A stretch of 64,000 bases of DNA. Source: Chloroflexota bacterium (lineage in GTDB: Bacteria > Chloroflexota > Limnocylindria > P2-11E). Made by a program: the position numbers and the translations under genes. Below are positions 8,874 through 19,924 of the stretch, in pieces; position 1 is the stretch's first letter; every line of letters starts with the position of its first letter. Location of the stretch: positions 25,017 through 89,016 of the forward strand of contig DAIDAP010000016.1 in assembly GCA_027310565.1 (NCBI GenBank). The letters are read 5' to 3'. Below the pieces are notes generated by a model. That model saw only the letters and a program-made list of their open reading frames with translations, searched no databases and was not told where the DNA came from.

Positions 8874-9842
8874 CTAGGCCGGCGCGGCGGCGCCGATCTC
8901 CAGCAGGTCGGTGAGGATGGCGTAGGCGACCTGGTCGACGTGCGGGTCGTGGAGCTGCACGACGACACGCCCGGCGAGATCGGTGTCGAGCACGAGGCCC
9001 ATCGAGAATCCGTCCACGGCGTGGAGGGGGTCGAGCGGCTCGACGCGCTCGGGTCCGAACGAGGCGGTGACGCCGGCCCCATCGCGGGCGATCGCGATGA
9101 GCGGGCGCACGCGCGCGCCCGACCGGGCCGCCGCCGCGGCGGCCTCACCGGCGGCCGCGTCGATCGTCCGGCGCGTCACGTCCTCCGGCCGGATGTCGGC
9201 GTCCATCAGGACGTTCGCCAGGATCGCCGCCTTCGCCGCCGCGTCGTGGCCCTCGAGGTCGTTGCGCGGATCGGCCTCGGCGATGCCCAGCCGCTGCGCC
9301 TCGGCGAGCGCGTCGTCGAACCGGGCGCCCTCCGCGCACCGGCTCAGGACGTGGTTGCAGGTGCTCGACACGATCCCACGGATGGCGCGGATCTCGGCGA
9401 GCGGCAGCGCGGCGCGCCGCAGCGTGAACACCGGAAGGCAATCCGCGAGCGTCGCCTCGAACCGGAGGAGCACGCCCCGCTCGCGCGCGAGCGCCTCGAG
9501 CTCGCGGTAGGCGCGCGCGATCGGTCCCTTGTTCGCGGTCACCACGTGCATACCGGCGTCCAGCGCTTCGCGGACGTGCGTGAGCGCCGGCTCGCCCGCC
9601 GCCGGATCGAGCGTCGTGACCTCCACGAGGACGTCGGCGGGGAGGTCGCGGATCGGCGGCAGCGCGCGCAGGGGCAGGTCGGTCCGGGCGAGCACCGTCG
9701 CGAGATCGATGCCGCGCGCGTCCACGACGGCGCCGTGGCGCTTCGTCCCGATCGCGGTGACGGTGAACGCCGCCCGCGTGCGCACGAGCATCCGCGCCAG
9801 CGCCCTCCCGACGCTGCCGAAGCCGAGGAGCGCGATCCGCAC
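8874..9842 (-). CDS. hom: Homoserine dehydrogenase (short form lacking ACT domain)
   Basis: 322 aa. N-terminal Rossmann fold (RIALLGFGSVG), catalytic VTANKGP motif and DLEGHDAAAKAAILA. Confidence 0.7.
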   Translation of the reverse strand: MRIALLGFGSVGRALARMLVRTRAAFTVTAIGTKRHGAVVDARGIDLATVLARTDLPLRALPPIRDLPADVLVEVTTLDPAAGEPALTHVREALDAGMHVVTANKGPIARAYRELEALARERGVLLRFEATLADCLPVFTLRRAALPLAEIRAIRGIVSSTCNHVLSRCAEGARFDDALAEAQRLGIAEADPRNDLEGHDAAAKAAILANVLMDADIRPEDVTRRTIDAAAGEAAAAAARSGARVRPLIAIARDGAGVTASFGPERVEPLDPLHAVDGFSMGLVLDTDLAGRVVVQLHDPHVDQVAYAILTDLLEIGAAAPA

Positions 9843-9881
9843 GCGGTGAACGCTAGACTCGATGCAAGATAGGCGTCTCGC

Positions 9882-9914
9882 GGGGCACCCCGGTCATTCC
9901 GGGGCGCCCCTTTT
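9882..9914 (+). promoter_or_regulatory. Terminator-like GC hairpins plus T-tract in the pth 5' leader (possible attenuator)
   Basis: GGGGCACCCCGGTCATTCCGGGGCGCCCCTTTT. The CCCCGG/CCGGGG stem has a 5-nt loop, followed by the palindromic GGGGCGCCCC and TTTT. It lies 20 nt upstream of the pth start in a divergent intergenic region. Confidence 0.3.
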
Positions 9915-9934
9915 CGGCGTCCGGAGGGAGTCGC

Positions 9935-10552
9935 ATGGTCCGTCTCGCCAGGCTCTTCGAGCGCGGCGCGCCGCGGCGCGTCGACGTGCTCGTCGTCGGG
10001 CTGGGCAACCCCGGTGACGGCTACGCGGCCACGCGCCACAACGCCGGTTTCCAGGCGGCGGCGAGGCTCGCGAAGCGCGCGCGCCTCGAGTTCGCGCACA
10101 GGGCCGCCGAGTCGCGCATCGCCGAGGGGTCCCTCGGCACGCAGCGGATCGCGATCGCGCGCCCGCAGACCTTCATGAACGAGAGCGGCCGTGCGGTGCG
10201 CAAGCTCCTCGACCGCTACCGCCTCGACCCGGCCGCGATGCTCGTCGTGTACGACGACGTCGACCTGCCGCTCGGGAAGCTGCGGGTGCGCGAGCGGGGC
10301 GGGCCGGGGACGCACAACGGCATGCGGTCCATCGTTGCGGCGGTGGGCGAGGGTTTCCCGCGGGTGCGCATCGGCGTCGCGCCCGCGGACCCGCGGGCCG
10401 AGATTCGCGGCGACCTGGCCGACTACGTCCTCGAGCCGTTCGCCGCGGACGAGCGGGCCGAGGCGGAGCGAGCGGCCGACCGCGCCGCGGAGGCGCTCGA
10501 GGTCGCGGTCCGCGACGGCGTGCGGCGCGCGATGGACCGTTTCAATGGCTGA
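9935..10552 (+). CDS. pth: Peptidyl-tRNA hydrolase
   Basis: 205 aa with GLGNPG...Y...TRHNAGF and catalytic His/Asp. A GGAGGG Shine-Dalgarno sequence precedes the start. Confidence 0.9.
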   Translation: MVRLARLFERGAPRRVDVLVVGLGNPGDGYAATRHNAGFQAAARLAKRARLEFAHRAAESRIAEGSLGTQRIAIARPQTFMNESGRAVRKLLDRYRLDPAAMLVVYDDVDLPLGKLRVRERGGPGTHNGMRSIVAAVGEGFPRVRIGVAPADPRAEIRGDLADYVLEPFAADERAEAERAADRAAEALEVAVRDGVRRAMDRFNG

Positions 10553-13500
10553 CGCCACGCGGGCCGCGACGACCGCGCGGCTCGGCGGGATCCTCGCGCT
10601 CGCCGAGCGGAGCGAGCGCTTCGCGGACCTCGTCTCGCGGCTCGAGGAGCGCGCGACGCTCAACCTCGTCGAGGCGTCCGCCGGCGCGCGCGCGTTCGCG
10701 TGGGCCGCGCTCGCCGACGTCACCGGACGGACCGTCGTCGTCGTCGCGCCGGGGGAGGACCGCGCGCGGCGCTGGCGCGCGGAGCTGGCGGGCTGGCTCG
10801 GCGAGGAGCGCGTGCTCGCGTTCCCCGAGCGCGAGACGATGCCGTTCGAGGTGGGCGCGTCCTCCGCGGGCGCGGTCCACCAGCGGCTGCTCACGCTCTG
10901 GCGCGTGCACACGGCGCGCGAGCCGGTGGCGATCGTCGCGTCGCTGCGCGCGCTCCTCCAGCACACCGTCGCGCCCGACGACCTCCGCCGCCGCGGGCGC
11001 ACGCTGCGCGCGGGCGCGCGCGTGTCCTGGAACGAGACGGCCGCGTGGCTCTTCGACCTCGGCTACGAGCCGGTGGCCGAGGTGGACCAACCCGGGACGT
11101 TCTCGCGCCGCGGCGGCATCCTCGACGTCTACCCCACGTCGGCCGCGCTCCCGATCCGGATCGAGCTGTTCGGCGACGAGATCGAGACGATGCGCTCCTT
11201 CGATCCGGTGACCCAGCGCTCCCAGGAGACGGTCGAGTCGGTCGACGTGCTGCCGGCGCGCGAGTACTCGCTCGAGCGCGGCCCCGAGCTCGCCGAGCGG
11301 CTCGCCGCCGCAGGGTGGGAGCGCCTCGGCTCGGCGGCCGACGAGCAGGACCTGCGTCCGTACGCCACGCTCGTCGAGGCGCTGCGCGAGGGCCGCGACG
11401 CGCCCGGGCTCGACGCCTTCGCCTCCGCGCTCGGCGCATCGGCGTCGCTGCTCGACCACGTCGGCGAGCGCGCGTCGGTGATCTTCGAGGACTCCGTCGA
11501 GCTCGAGCTCGCGTACGACGCGCACGAGTCGCAGGCCGAGGAGCGCCGCGAAGAGCTCCGGTCGGCGGGGCTCCCGGTCGGGGCGTTCCCGCCGCCGTAC
11601 GTCCCGCGCGACCGCGTCGAGCGCTCTGCCGCGGAGCACGGCACGGTGCGCGTCGGACCCGGCGCCGGCGCGCTGCGGCTGGGATGGGGCGGCGTCACGT
11701 CGTACGCGGGCCGGCTCGACGCGTTCCTCGGCGAGGTCGCCGCGGCCGGGGCCGGGACACGCGTCGTCGCGACGCCGCAGGCCGCTCGCCTCGCCGAGCT
11801 CCTGGCGGATCGCGGCGTGTCCGTGGCGCCGCGCGACGCGATCGACGAGCCGCCCGCGGCGGGAGCGCTGGCGCTCGCGCACGTGCCGCTCGCGGAGGGC
11901 TTCGCGGTCCCCGAGCTGGACCTGCGCGTGTTCACCGACGCCGAGGTGTTCGGCTTCCGCAAGCCGCGCCACCCCGAGCGCCGGCGCCGCCGCGTCGCGA
12001 TCGGCTCGCTCCTCGCCGACCTGAAGCCCGGCGACCACGTCGTCCACGAGGACCACGGCATCGCGGTCTTCGAGCGCTTCCTGACCAAGGAGGTGGCGGG
12101 CGTCGTCCGCGAGTACCTCGAGCTCCGCTTCGCCGGCACCGACGTCGTGGCGCTCCCGACCGAACGGGTCGACCGCGTGACCCGCTACGTCGGCGGGACG
12201 CCGCCCGCGCTCTCGGCGCTCGGTGGACGCGAGTGGGCGGCGACGAAGCGGAAGGCGAGGAAGGCCGCGCAGGAGATCGCCCAGGAGCTGCTCCGTCTGT
12301 ACGCGGCGCGCGAGACGGTCCACGCGTACGCGTTCGGACGCGACACGCCCTGGCAGATCGAGATGGAGAACGCGTTCCCGTACACGGAGACGCCCGACCA
12401 GCTCCAGGCGATCGACGACACCAAGCGCGACATGGAGCGCGCGCGACCGATGGACCGGCTCATCGTCGGCGACGTCGGCTACGGCAAGACCGAGGTCGCG
12501 CTGCGGGCCGCGTTCAAGGCGGTGCAGGACGGCAAGCAGGTCGCCGTGCTCGTACCGACGACGGTGCTCGCGCAGCAGCACCTCGAGACCTTCAGCGAGC
12601 GCCTCGCGACCTTCCCGGTGCGCGTGGCGATGCTCTCGCGGTTCCGCGCGCCGGCCGAGCAGCGCGAGGTCGTCGCGCAGCTCCTGACCGGCGAGGTCGA
12701 CGTCGTCATCGGCACGCACCGGCTGCTGCAGAAGGACGTGCGCTTCCGCGACCTGGGGCTGCTGGTCATCGACGAGGAGCACCGCTTCGGCGTGAAGCAC
12801 AAGGAGCGCCTGAAGCAGATGCGCACCGAGGTGCACGTCCTGTCCATGACCGCGACGCCGATCCCGCGGACGCTGCACATGGCGCTCTCGGGTGTGCGCG
12901 ACATCAGCGTGATCGAGACGCCGCCGGAGGACCGGCAGCCGATCGAAACCCACGTCGTCGAGCGGACCGACGACGTCCTGCGCGAGGCGATCCTCCGCGA
13001 GCTGGACCGCGGGGGGCAGGTCTACTACGTGCACAACCGCGTGCAGGGGATCGAGCACGAGGCGGCGCGGCTGCGGCAGATCGTGCCGAACGCGCGGCTC
13101 GTCGTGGCGCACGGTCAGATGGACGAGCGCAGCCTCGAGCGTGTCATGGTCGAGTTCGCCGACGCCGAGCACGACGTCCTCGTCTGCACGACGATCATCG
13201 AGTCGGGGCTGGACATCCCCAACGTGAACACGATCGTCGTCAACCGCGCGGGGCAGCTCGGCCTCGCGCAGCTCTACCAGCTGCGCGGCCGGGTCGGGCG
13301 CAGCGCCGCGAAGGCCTACGCGTACCTGCTGTACGCGAAGCAGGAGCGTCTCACCGAGGACGCGCGCAAGCGCCTCCAGGCGGTGTTCGAGGCGAGCGAG
13401 CTCGGCGCGGGGTTCAAGATCGCGATGCACGACCTGGAGATCCGCGGCGCGGGCAACATCCTCGGCGCCGAGCAGCACGGGCACGTCGCGGCGGTCGGCT

Positions 13501-13994
13501 TCGAGCTGTACGCGCAGATGCTCGAGGAGGCGGTGAACGAGGAGCGGGGTGCGCCGCGGCGCGAGGCGCTGCCCGAGGTCGTCGTCGACCTCGCGCTTTC
13601 GACGGCGATCCCCGACGAGTACGTGCCGAGCCGTCAGCGCAAGCTCGAGCTGTACCGGCGCATCGCCGAGCTGCGCACGCTCGAGGAGCTCTCCGCGCTG
13701 CGCGACGAGCTGCGCGACCGCTACGGGCCGCCGCCGGACGCGCTGCGCAACCTCCTGTACGGCGTCGAGGTGAAGCTCCGCGCCCTCGCCGCCGGCGCGA
13801 CCGAGGTCCGCGCGCGCGGGCCGGAGCTGCGCCTCGTGCTCGGCCGCGACCTCACCCCGGCGCAGCGCGGCGCGCTCGGCAAGGCCTTCCCGAAGGCGCG
13901 GGCCGGCCAGCGCCAGGTGCGCCTCTCGGTGCTCGACACGCGCGGGGATTGGCGCGACGCGCTCACCCGCCTGCTCACGGTCGTCGCGGCGTGA
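10545..13994 (+). CDS. mfd: Transcription-repair coupling factor Mfd
   Basis: 1149 aa. UvrB-homology N-terminus, RNAP-interaction domain, SF2 helicase motifs (GDVGYGKTEVA, DEEHRFG) and a TRCF C-terminal domain. ATG overlaps the pth stop (ATGGCTGA). Confidence 0.9.
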   Translation: MADATRAATTARLGGILALAERSERFADLVSRLEERATLNLVEASAGARAFAWAALADVTGRTVVVVAPGEDRARRWRAELAGWLGEERVLAFPERETMPFEVGASSAGAVHQRLLTLWRVHTAREPVAIVASLRALLQHTVAPDDLRRRGRTLRAGARVSWNETAAWLFDLGYEPVAEVDQPGTFSRRGGILDVYPTSAALPIRIELFGDEIETMRSFDPVTQRSQETVESVDVLPAREYSLERGPELAERLAAAGWERLGSAADEQDLRPYATLVEALREGRDAPGLDAFASALGASASLLDHVGERASVIFEDSVELELAYDAHESQAEERREELRSAGLPVGAFPPPYVPRDRVERSAAEHGTVRVGPGAGALRLGWGGVTSYAGRLDAFLGEVAAAGAGTRVVATPQAARLAELLADRGVSVAPRDAIDEPPAAGALALAHVPLAEGFAVPELDLRVFTDAEVFGFRKPRHPERRRRRVAIGSLLADLKPGDHVVHEDHGIAVFERFLTKEVAGVVREYLELRFAGTDVVALPTERVDRVTRYVGGTPPALSALGGREWAATKRKARKAAQEIAQELLRLYAARETVHAYAFGRDTPWQIEMENAFPYTETPDQLQAIDDTKRDMERARPMDRLIVGDVGYGKTEVALRAAFKAVQDGKQVAVLVPTTVLAQQHLETFSERLATFPVRVAMLSRFRAPAEQREVVAQLLTGEVDVVIGTHRLLQKDVRFRDLGLLVIDEEHRFGVKHKERLKQMRTEVHVLSMTATPIPRTLHMALSGVRDISVIETPPEDRQPIETHVVERTDDVLREAILRELDRGGQVYYVHNRVQGIEHEAARLRQIVPNARLVVAHGQMDERSLERVMVEFADAEHDVLVCTTIIESGLDIPNVNTIVVNRAGQLGLAQLYQLRGRVGRSAAKAYAYLLYAKQERLTEDARKRLQAVFEASELGAGFKIAMHDLEIRGAGNILGAEQHGHVAAVGFELYAQMLEEAVNEERGAPRREALPEVVVDLALSTAIPDEYVPSRQRKLELYRRIAELRTLEELSALRDELRDRYGPPPDALRNLLYGVEVKLRALAAGATEVRARGPELRLVLGRDLTPAQRGALGKAFPKARAGQRQVRLSVLDTRGDWRDALTRLLTVVAA

Positions 13995-14698
13995 TCTGGG
14001 TGTTCGTCGTCCTCCTGGTGAGCTGGGGCAACGTCGGATCGTCCCTGCTCGCACCGACCGCGCTCCTGCCGGGCGGAAGCCCGGCGTTCGTCGCCGCCGG
14101 AGCCGGCCTCTCGGCGCTCGCGCTCGTCGTCGCGAGGGCCGCCGGCCTCGACCGGAGCGCGCTCGGGCTCGCGCGCGCCGGGATGTGGCGCGGCGCCGCG
14201 GTCGGCCTCGTCTCCGGCGCGGCGATCGCCGCGGCGGGCATCCTCGCGCTCCAGGTCGCGCCGCTGGTCACCGGTGCGCCGGTCGTCTACGAGCCGCTGC
14301 GCTCGGTGAGCGGGCCCGAGCTTGCGGCGCACATCCTCCTGTTCCTGCCTCTGGCGACCGTCCTGCCCGAGGAGCTCGCCTTCCGCGGCGTCCTCGTCGG
14401 CATGCTCGGTCGGACCGGCCCGGGTGCCGCGCTCCTCGGCTCCGCGGCGGCGTTCGCGCTCTGGCATGGCGCGGTCGCGCTGGCGACGGTCGACCGGACG
14501 ACGCTCGCGTCGACCGCCTGGGTCGCGCCGGCGGTCGCCGGCGCGCTCGCCGTCGTGTTCGTCGGCGGGCTCGTCCTCGCCTGGCTGCGCCTCGCGACCG
14601 CGACGCTCGGCTCGGCGATCGCGGCGCACTGGGCCTTCAACGCGACCCTCCTCCTCGGGCTGTGGATGCTCCTCCCGCGTCCGGGAGGCGCCGGCTGA
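13991..14698 (+). CDS. CPBP-family intramembrane glutamic endopeptidase (CAAX protease-like)
   Basis: Motifs EELAFRG, FALWH and HWAFN within a polytopic membrane protein. GTG start overlaps the mfd stop (GTGA). Confidence 0.7.
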   Translation: MIWVFVVLLVSWGNVGSSLLAPTALLPGGSPAFVAAGAGLSALALVVARAAGLDRSALGLARAGMWRGAAVGLVSGAAIAAAGILALQVAPLVTGAPVVYEPLRSVSGPELAAHILLFLPLATVLPEELAFRGVLVGMLGRTGPGAALLGSAAAFALWHGAVALATVDRTTLASTAWVAPAVAGALAVVFVGGLVLAWLRLATATLGSAIAAHWAFNATLLLGLWMLLPRPGGAG

Positions 14699-15324
14699 TG
14701 CGCCTCGGGGTCGACCTGGACGACGTGATCGCGATCTGCGCGGTGCCGTACCTGCGTCGCTTCGCGCAGGAGTACGGCGTCGAGCTTCCCGACGAGCGGG
14801 AGATCGGCTGGCACCTGCTGCGCGAGATGGACGCGCGCGTGCCGCCGGACGAGCGCGACCGGTTCCGGATGAAGCTCTACGGCGGCACGTTCTTCAGCGA
14901 GCTCGACATCTACGAGGACTGCCCGACCGTGCTGGAGCGCCTCGTGCAGCGCGGCCACGAGATCTACTTCATCACCGCGCGCAACGAGCGGCGCCGGATG
15001 GTGACCGAGACGTGGCTGCGCGAGAAGGGCATCCTCCAGCACGCCAGGGCCGTCCACCTGAAGCCGCACGGCGAGTTCCGGCCCGACTACCCGCGCGGCC
15101 GGTACGACCCGGAGAGCTCCGCGGTCTACAAGCTGGGCCTCGCGCAGGAGCTGCGGCTCGAGGCGTTCTGCGAGGACGACGTCGTCATCGCGCGTACGCT
15201 CGCCGAGAACGGCGTCCGGGTGCTCCTCTTCGACCAGCCCTGGAATCGCCAGGTCGCGCACCCGCGCATCACGCGCGTCGCCGGATGGTCCGCGGTGGGG
15301 GACCTCCTGCTCGGCGGCCCGTGA
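14698..15324 (+). CDS. HAD-superfamily 5'(3')-deoxyribonucleotidase-like phosphatase
   Basis: N-terminal DxDxV motif (GVDLDDVI). 208 aa. ATG overlaps the upstream stop (TGATG). Confidence 0.6.
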   Translation: MRLGVDLDDVIAICAVPYLRRFAQEYGVELPDEREIGWHLLREMDARVPPDERDRFRMKLYGGTFFSELDIYEDCPTVLERLVQRGHEIYFITARNERRRMVTETWLREKGILQHARAVHLKPHGEFRPDYPRGRYDPESSAVYKLGLAQELRLEAFCEDDVVIARTLAENGVRVLLFDQPWNRQVAHPRITRVAGWSAVGDLLLGGP

Positions 15325-15932
15325 CGACGACCCTGTACGTCGTCCGCCACGGCGAGAGCGAGGCGAACGCCGCCGGCGTCTTCTCCGGCCGGCGCGACAG
15401 CCCGCTCACGGCGCGCGGCCGCGAGCAGGCCGAGGCCCTCGCCGCGACGCTCGCGGACGTGCGCTTCGACCGCGTCGTCGCGACGCCGCTCTCGCGCTCG
15501 CTCGACACCGCGCTCGCCGTCGCGCGGCGCCGGAGGATGCCGGTCGACGTCGTGCGCGATCTCATCGAGATCGACGTCGGCGACCGCACCGGCGCGCCGT
15601 TCGACGAGGTGCGCGGCCTGCCCGCCTGGCGCGACGACGCGTTCGTCGCCTGGCCGAACGGCGAGACGCTCGAGCAGGTCCTCGAGCGCGCGCTGCGCGC
15701 GGTGCGCCGCCTCGCGCGGGAGACGCCCGGCGGCGCGATCCTGGTGATAGGGCACGGCGGCGTCACGCGCATCCTCGTCTCGCACTACCTCGGGATCCTC
15801 CCGCGCCTGGACCGCACGCCGGCGACGAACACGAACCTCACGGTCATCGTGACCGACGGCGAGACCGGCCGGGTGGAGCGGCTCTTCGTGCCCGCACCCG
15901 CCGCGTGGCGGGAAGGCAGCGGGACGCATTAG
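15321..15932 (+). CDS. Histidine phosphatase family protein (phosphoglycerate-mutase-like)
   Basis: RHGESEAN catalytic motif at the N-terminus. GTG overlaps the upstream stop (GTGA). Confidence 0.75.
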   Translation: MTTTLYVVRHGESEANAAGVFSGRRDSPLTARGREQAEALAATLADVRFDRVVATPLSRSLDTALAVARRRRMPVDVVRDLIEIDVGDRTGAPFDEVRGLPAWRDDAFVAWPNGETLEQVLERALRAVRRLARETPGGAILVIGHGGVTRILVSHYLGILPRLDRTPATNTNLTVIVTDGETGRVERLFVPAPAAWREGSGTH

Positions 15933-15941
15933 TCTTCCGCC

Positions 15942-16469
15942 GTGGCGACCGAGACGGGCGACCTCGCCGCGCGCATCCGCGACGTCCCGGACTTCCCCAA
16001 GCCCGGGATCCTGTTCAAGGACATCACGACGCTGCTGAAGGACGGGCCGGCGTTCCGCGCGGCCGTCGACGGGCTGCTCGCCAAGGTCGGCAAGCGCGAC
16101 ATCGACAGCGTCGTCGGCATGGAGTCGCGGGGCTTCATCTTCGGCGCGCCCATCGCCTACCGGCTCGGCGTCGGCTTCGTCCCGGTCCGCAAGCTCGGCA
16201 AGCTTCCGGCGGACGTGGTGAGCGTCGAGTACGACCTCGAGTACGGCTCGGCGACGCTCGAGATGCACCGGGACGCGATCGGGAAGGGCGCGAAGGTGCT
16301 CATCGTGGACGACCTGCTCGCGACGGGCGGGACCGTGGCGGGCACGATCGAGCTGGTGAGGCAGCTCGGCGGCGAGATCGTCGCGTGCGCGTTCCTCATC
16401 GAGCTCACCGCGCTCAAGGGCCGGGAGAAGCTCGGTGCGCACGAGGTCGTTACACTCATCACGTACTGA
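15942..16469 (+). CDS. apt: Adenine phosphoribosyltransferase
   Basis: 175 aa with the PRPP-binding motif VLIVDDLLATGGT and an N-terminus typical of Apt (DFPKPGILFKDIT). Confidence 0.9.
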   Translation: MATETGDLAARIRDVPDFPKPGILFKDITTLLKDGPAFRAAVDGLLAKVGKRDIDSVVGMESRGFIFGAPIAYRLGVGFVPVRKLGKLPADVVSVEYDLEYGSATLEMHRDAIGKGAKVLIVDDLLATGGTVAGTIELVRQLGGEIVACAFLIELTALKGREKLGAHEVVTLITY

Positions 16470-16521
16470 GCGATCGCGACCGGCGGAGGCCCGCTTGGTC
16501 CTTTTACGATAAGGAGGACCG

Positions 16522-17349
16522 ATGACCGCGGCCCCGTTGCTCCCGGAGATCCGTGTCGACGAACAGGTTCCGGCCGAGCGCATCCGCGCGTTCTTCTCGC
16601 GTGACCGCCTGCTCGCCGCCTACGCGCTCGCGGACCTCGACGCGGCCGACACCGAGCAGGCGCGGTGGTGGGTCGCGCGGCACGGCGACGACGTCGTGGC
16701 CGCCGCGCTGGTGGTCGAGGCGCTGCCCTTCCGTCCGTGCTTCGCGATGGGCGAGTCCGCCGCGCTCGGGCTCATCTTCCACGACGGCATCCGCGAGCCG
16801 CGCCTCGTCGTGGCGGTGCCGCCCCGGTGCCGGCCGGCGGTCGAGACCGCGTTCCGGTTCGAGCGTGTGGACCTGATGCACCGCATGGCCGTCGACGTGG
16901 CGTCGTTCCGCCCGCGCGTCGCGCACGCCGTGACGCATCTCGCCGCCGAGCACCTCGAGGACGTCATCGACCTCTACGGCCACGCGTCGCGCTCGTACTT
17001 CACGCCGGCGCGGCTCGAGCGGGAGATCTACTACGGCATCTACGTCGGCGGCGACCTCGTCTCGGCCGCGGGCACGCACGTCCGGTCCGAGGTGTCGGGG
17101 CTCGCCGCCGTGGGCAACGTGCTCACGCGCCTCGGGTACCGCGACCGCGGCATGGCGACGAGCTGCACCTCGGCCGTCACGGCCGCCGCGCTCGAGCTGC
17201 ACCGCGACGTGGTCCTGAACGTGCGGCAGGACAACGCGCCGGCGATCGCGGTCTACGACCGTCTCGGCTACCACGTCCACGCGCCGTTCATCGAAGGGCC
17301 GGCGGTACGCCGCTCGGCCTGGGATCGACTGCTTGGGAGGGTGCGATGA
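16522..17349 (+). CDS. GNAT-family N-acetyltransferase
   Basis: 275 aa. The C-terminal half has the GNAT fold ([11 protein letters not shown]...[10 protein letters not shown]). Confidence 0.55.
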   Translation: MTAAPLLPEIRVDEQVPAERIRAFFSRDRLLAAYALADLDAADTEQARWWVARHGDDVVAAALVVEALPFRPCFAMGESAALGLIFHDGIREPRLVVAVPPRCRPAVETAFRFERVDLMHRMAVDVASFRPRVAHAVTHLAAEHLEDVIDLYGHASRSYFTPARLEREIYYGIYVGGDLVSAAGTHVRSEVSGLAAVGNVLTRLGYRDRGMATSCTSAVTAAALELHRDVVLNVRQDNAPAIAVYDRLGYHVHAPFIEGPAVRRSAWDRLLGRVR

Positions 17350-18620
17350 CCATTTCACCGACGAGCGCGTCCGACGTCGCCGACCTGTCGCTGGCGGAGG
17401 CCGGCGCGAAGCGCATCGCCTGGGCGCGGCGAGAGATGCCGGTGCTGGGCCGCATCCGCGAGCGCCTCGCGAAGGAGCGGCCGTTCCGGGGCCTGCGCAT
17501 CGGCGCGTGCCTCCACGTCACCGCCGAGACCGCGAACCTCATGCTCGTGCTGCGCGACGGCGGCGCCGAGGTCGCGCTCTGCGCCTCGAATCCGCTCTCG
17601 ACGCAGGACGACGTCGCGGCGTCGCTCGTCGCGAACGAGGGCGTCGCCGTCTTCGCTCGCAAAGGCGAGGATCGCGATACCTACTACGCGCACATCAACG
17701 CGGTGCTCGCGACCTCGCCCCAGATCACCATGGACGACGGCGCCGACCTCGTCACCGAGCTGCACACCAAGCGCCGCGAGCTCCTCGCGGCGGTCCGCGG
17801 CGGGACCGAGGAGACGACCACCGGCGTGAACCGCCTGCGGGCGATGGCCGCGGAAGGCGTGCTGGCGTACCCGATCGTCGCGGTGAACGACGCGCAGACG
17901 AAGCACCTCTTCGACAACCGCTACGGGACGGGGCAGTCGGCGGTGGACGGGATCGTCCGCGCGACGAACCTGCTCATCGCGGGGAAGACCGCGGCGGTCG
18001 CGGGATACGGCTGGGTCGGCCGCGGCATCGCGTCGCGCCTGCGCGGCATGGGCGCGATCACGCTCGTCTGCGAGGTCGACCCGCTCCGCGCGCTCGAGGC
18101 GGCGATGGACGGGTTCGAGGTCACGACCGTCGTCGACGCCGCGTCGCGGGCGGACCTCATCGTCACCGCGACGGGCAACGTGAACGTCGTCGGCCCCGCC
18201 GCGATCGGCGCCCTGAAGGGCGGCGCGATCCTCGCGAACGCCGGGCACTTCAACGACGAGATCGACCTCGGCACGATCGGGCGCCTCGCCGCCGAACAGC
18301 GGGAGCTCCGGCCGCTCGTGCACGAGTACCGCCTGCGGGACGGCCGTGCGGTCATCGTGCTCGCCGAGGGGCGCCTGGTGAACCTCGCCGCCGCCGAGGG
18401 TCACCCGCCCGCGGTCATGGACATGTCGTTCGCGAACCAGGCGCTCGCGGTCGAGCACCTGGTGAAGAGGGCACAGGAGCTCGAGCCGCGCGTGTACGCT
18501 GTGCCGCGCGAGCTCGACGAGGACATCGCCCGTGAGAAGCTCGAGGCGATGGGTATGAAGATCGACGCGATGACCGACGAGCAGCGGACGTACGCGAGCT
18601 CGTGGAAGGCAGGCACCTAG
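17346..18620 (+). CDS. ahcY: Adenosylhomocysteinase
   Basis: 424 aa. NAD-binding GYGWVGRG, catalytic core and C-terminal tail. ATG overlaps the upstream stop. Confidence 0.9.
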   Translation: MTISPTSASDVADLSLAEAGAKRIAWARREMPVLGRIRERLAKERPFRGLRIGACLHVTAETANLMLVLRDGGAEVALCASNPLSTQDDVAASLVANEGVAVFARKGEDRDTYYAHINAVLATSPQITMDDGADLVTELHTKRRELLAAVRGGTEETTTGVNRLRAMAAEGVLAYPIVAVNDAQTKHLFDNRYGTGQSAVDGIVRATNLLIAGKTAAVAGYGWVGRGIASRLRGMGAITLVCEVDPLRALEAAMDGFEVTTVVDAASRADLIVTATGNVNVVGPAAIGALKGGAILANAGHFNDEIDLGTIGRLAAEQRELRPLVHEYRLRDGRAVIVLAEGRLVNLAAAEGHPPAVMDMSFANQALAVEHLVKRAQELEPRVYAVPRELDEDIAREKLEAMGMKIDAMTDEQRTYASSWKAGT

Positions 18621-18622
18621 CG

Positions 18623-19837
18623 ATGGCGCAGTCGTTCGCGGCGGCCGAGCGCGTCCTCTTCACCAGCGAGTCCGTGACCGAGGGGCACCCGGACAAGCTC
18701 TGTGACCAGGTGTCCGACGCCATGCTCGACGAATGCCTGCGCCAGGATCCGAACGCGCGCGTCGCGTGCGAGACCGCGACGACGACCGGAACGATCCTCG
18801 TGTGCGGCGAGATCACCACGAGCGCGTGGGTCGACGTGCCGACGCTCGTCCGCGACGTCGTGAAGCAGGTCGGGTACACGAACGCCGAGTACGGCTTCGA
18901 CTACCACTCCTGCGGCGTGCTCACCGCCATCAAGGAGCAGTCGACGGAGATCGCGCAGGGCGTCGACGAGTCGCTCGAGGCGCGAGCCGGGATCGATCCG
19001 CACGAGCTCGGCGCGGGCGACCAGGGGATGATGTTCGGGTTCGCGGTGCGCGAGACCCCCGAGCTCATGCCCCTGCCGATCACCCTCGCGCACGCCGTGG
19101 CGAAGGAGCTGGCCGCGGCGCGGAAGACCGAGCGCGTGCCCTACCTGCGCCCCGACGGCAAGTCCCAGGTCACCGTCGAGTACGTCCGTGGCACGCCCCG
19201 GCGCGTGCACACCGTCGTCGTCGCCGCGCAGCACGATCCGGACGTCGCGCGGGAGCGCATCGCGCACGACGTCCGCGAGATCGTCGTGAAGCGGGCGATC
19301 CCGGCGGAGTGGCTCGACGAGCGCACGAAGTACCTCGTGAACGGCACCGGGTCGTTCACCGTCGGCGGTCCGATGGGCGACGCCGGCCTCACCGGCCGCA
19401 AGATCATCGTCGACACCTACGGCGGGTATGCCCGCCACGGCGGCGGCGCGTTCAGCGGCAAGGATCCGACGAAGGTCGATCGCTCCGGGGCGTACGCCGC
19501 GCGGTACGTGGCGAAGAACGTCGTCGCGGCGGGGCTCGCCGAGCGCATCGAGGTCCAGATCGCGTACGTGATCGGCGGGGCGCGGCCCATCTCGCTCAAC
19601 GTGGAGACGTTCGGGACCGGCGCGATCGCCGACGAGCGGATCCGGGCGCTCGTCGACGAGCACTTCGACTTCCGCCCCGGCGCGATCATCGAGCGCTTCG
19701 CGCTCCGCCGCCCGCTCTACCGGCAGATCGCCGCGTACGGCCACTTCGGCCGCCCGGAGCTCGACCTGCCGTGGGAGCGCACGGACCTCGCCCCGGCCCT
19801 CGCGCGCGCAGCCGGAGCGAAGGCGGCGCTCGCCTAG
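18623..19837 (+). CDS. metK: S-adenosylmethionine synthetase
   Basis: 404 aa with [21 protein letters not shown] and [16 protein letters not shown] motifs. Starts 2 nt after the ahcY stop. Confidence 0.9.
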   Translation: MAQSFAAAERVLFTSESVTEGHPDKLCDQVSDAMLDECLRQDPNARVACETATTTGTILVCGEITTSAWVDVPTLVRDVVKQVGYTNAEYGFDYHSCGVLTAIKEQSTEIAQGVDESLEARAGIDPHELGAGDQGMMFGFAVRETPELMPLPITLAHAVAKELAAARKTERVPYLRPDGKSQVTVEYVRGTPRRVHTVVVAAQHDPDVARERIAHDVREIVVKRAIPAEWLDERTKYLVNGTGSFTVGGPMGDAGLTGRKIIVDTYGGYARHGGGAFSGKDPTKVDRSGAYAARYVAKNVVAAGLAERIEVQIAYVIGGARPISLNVETFGTGAIADERIRALVDEHFDFRPGAIIERFALRRPLYRQIAAYGHFGRPELDLPWERTDLAPALARAAGAKAALA

Positions 19838-19924
19838 CTCCCCGCGCTCGGCTCTCCGGCGGCGCGGTACGCGTCTTGCGACAGAGGGCCTCGACCTCAC
19901 CCGAAGGGGAAAGGAGCGGCCCTC

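Noticed and set aside
10542-14054. 1170-aa ORF on the minus strand antisense to mfd
   Set aside because: Arg/Ala/Gly-rich translation with no motifs. A typical GC-rich antisense artefact, fully contained within the well-supported mfd gene.
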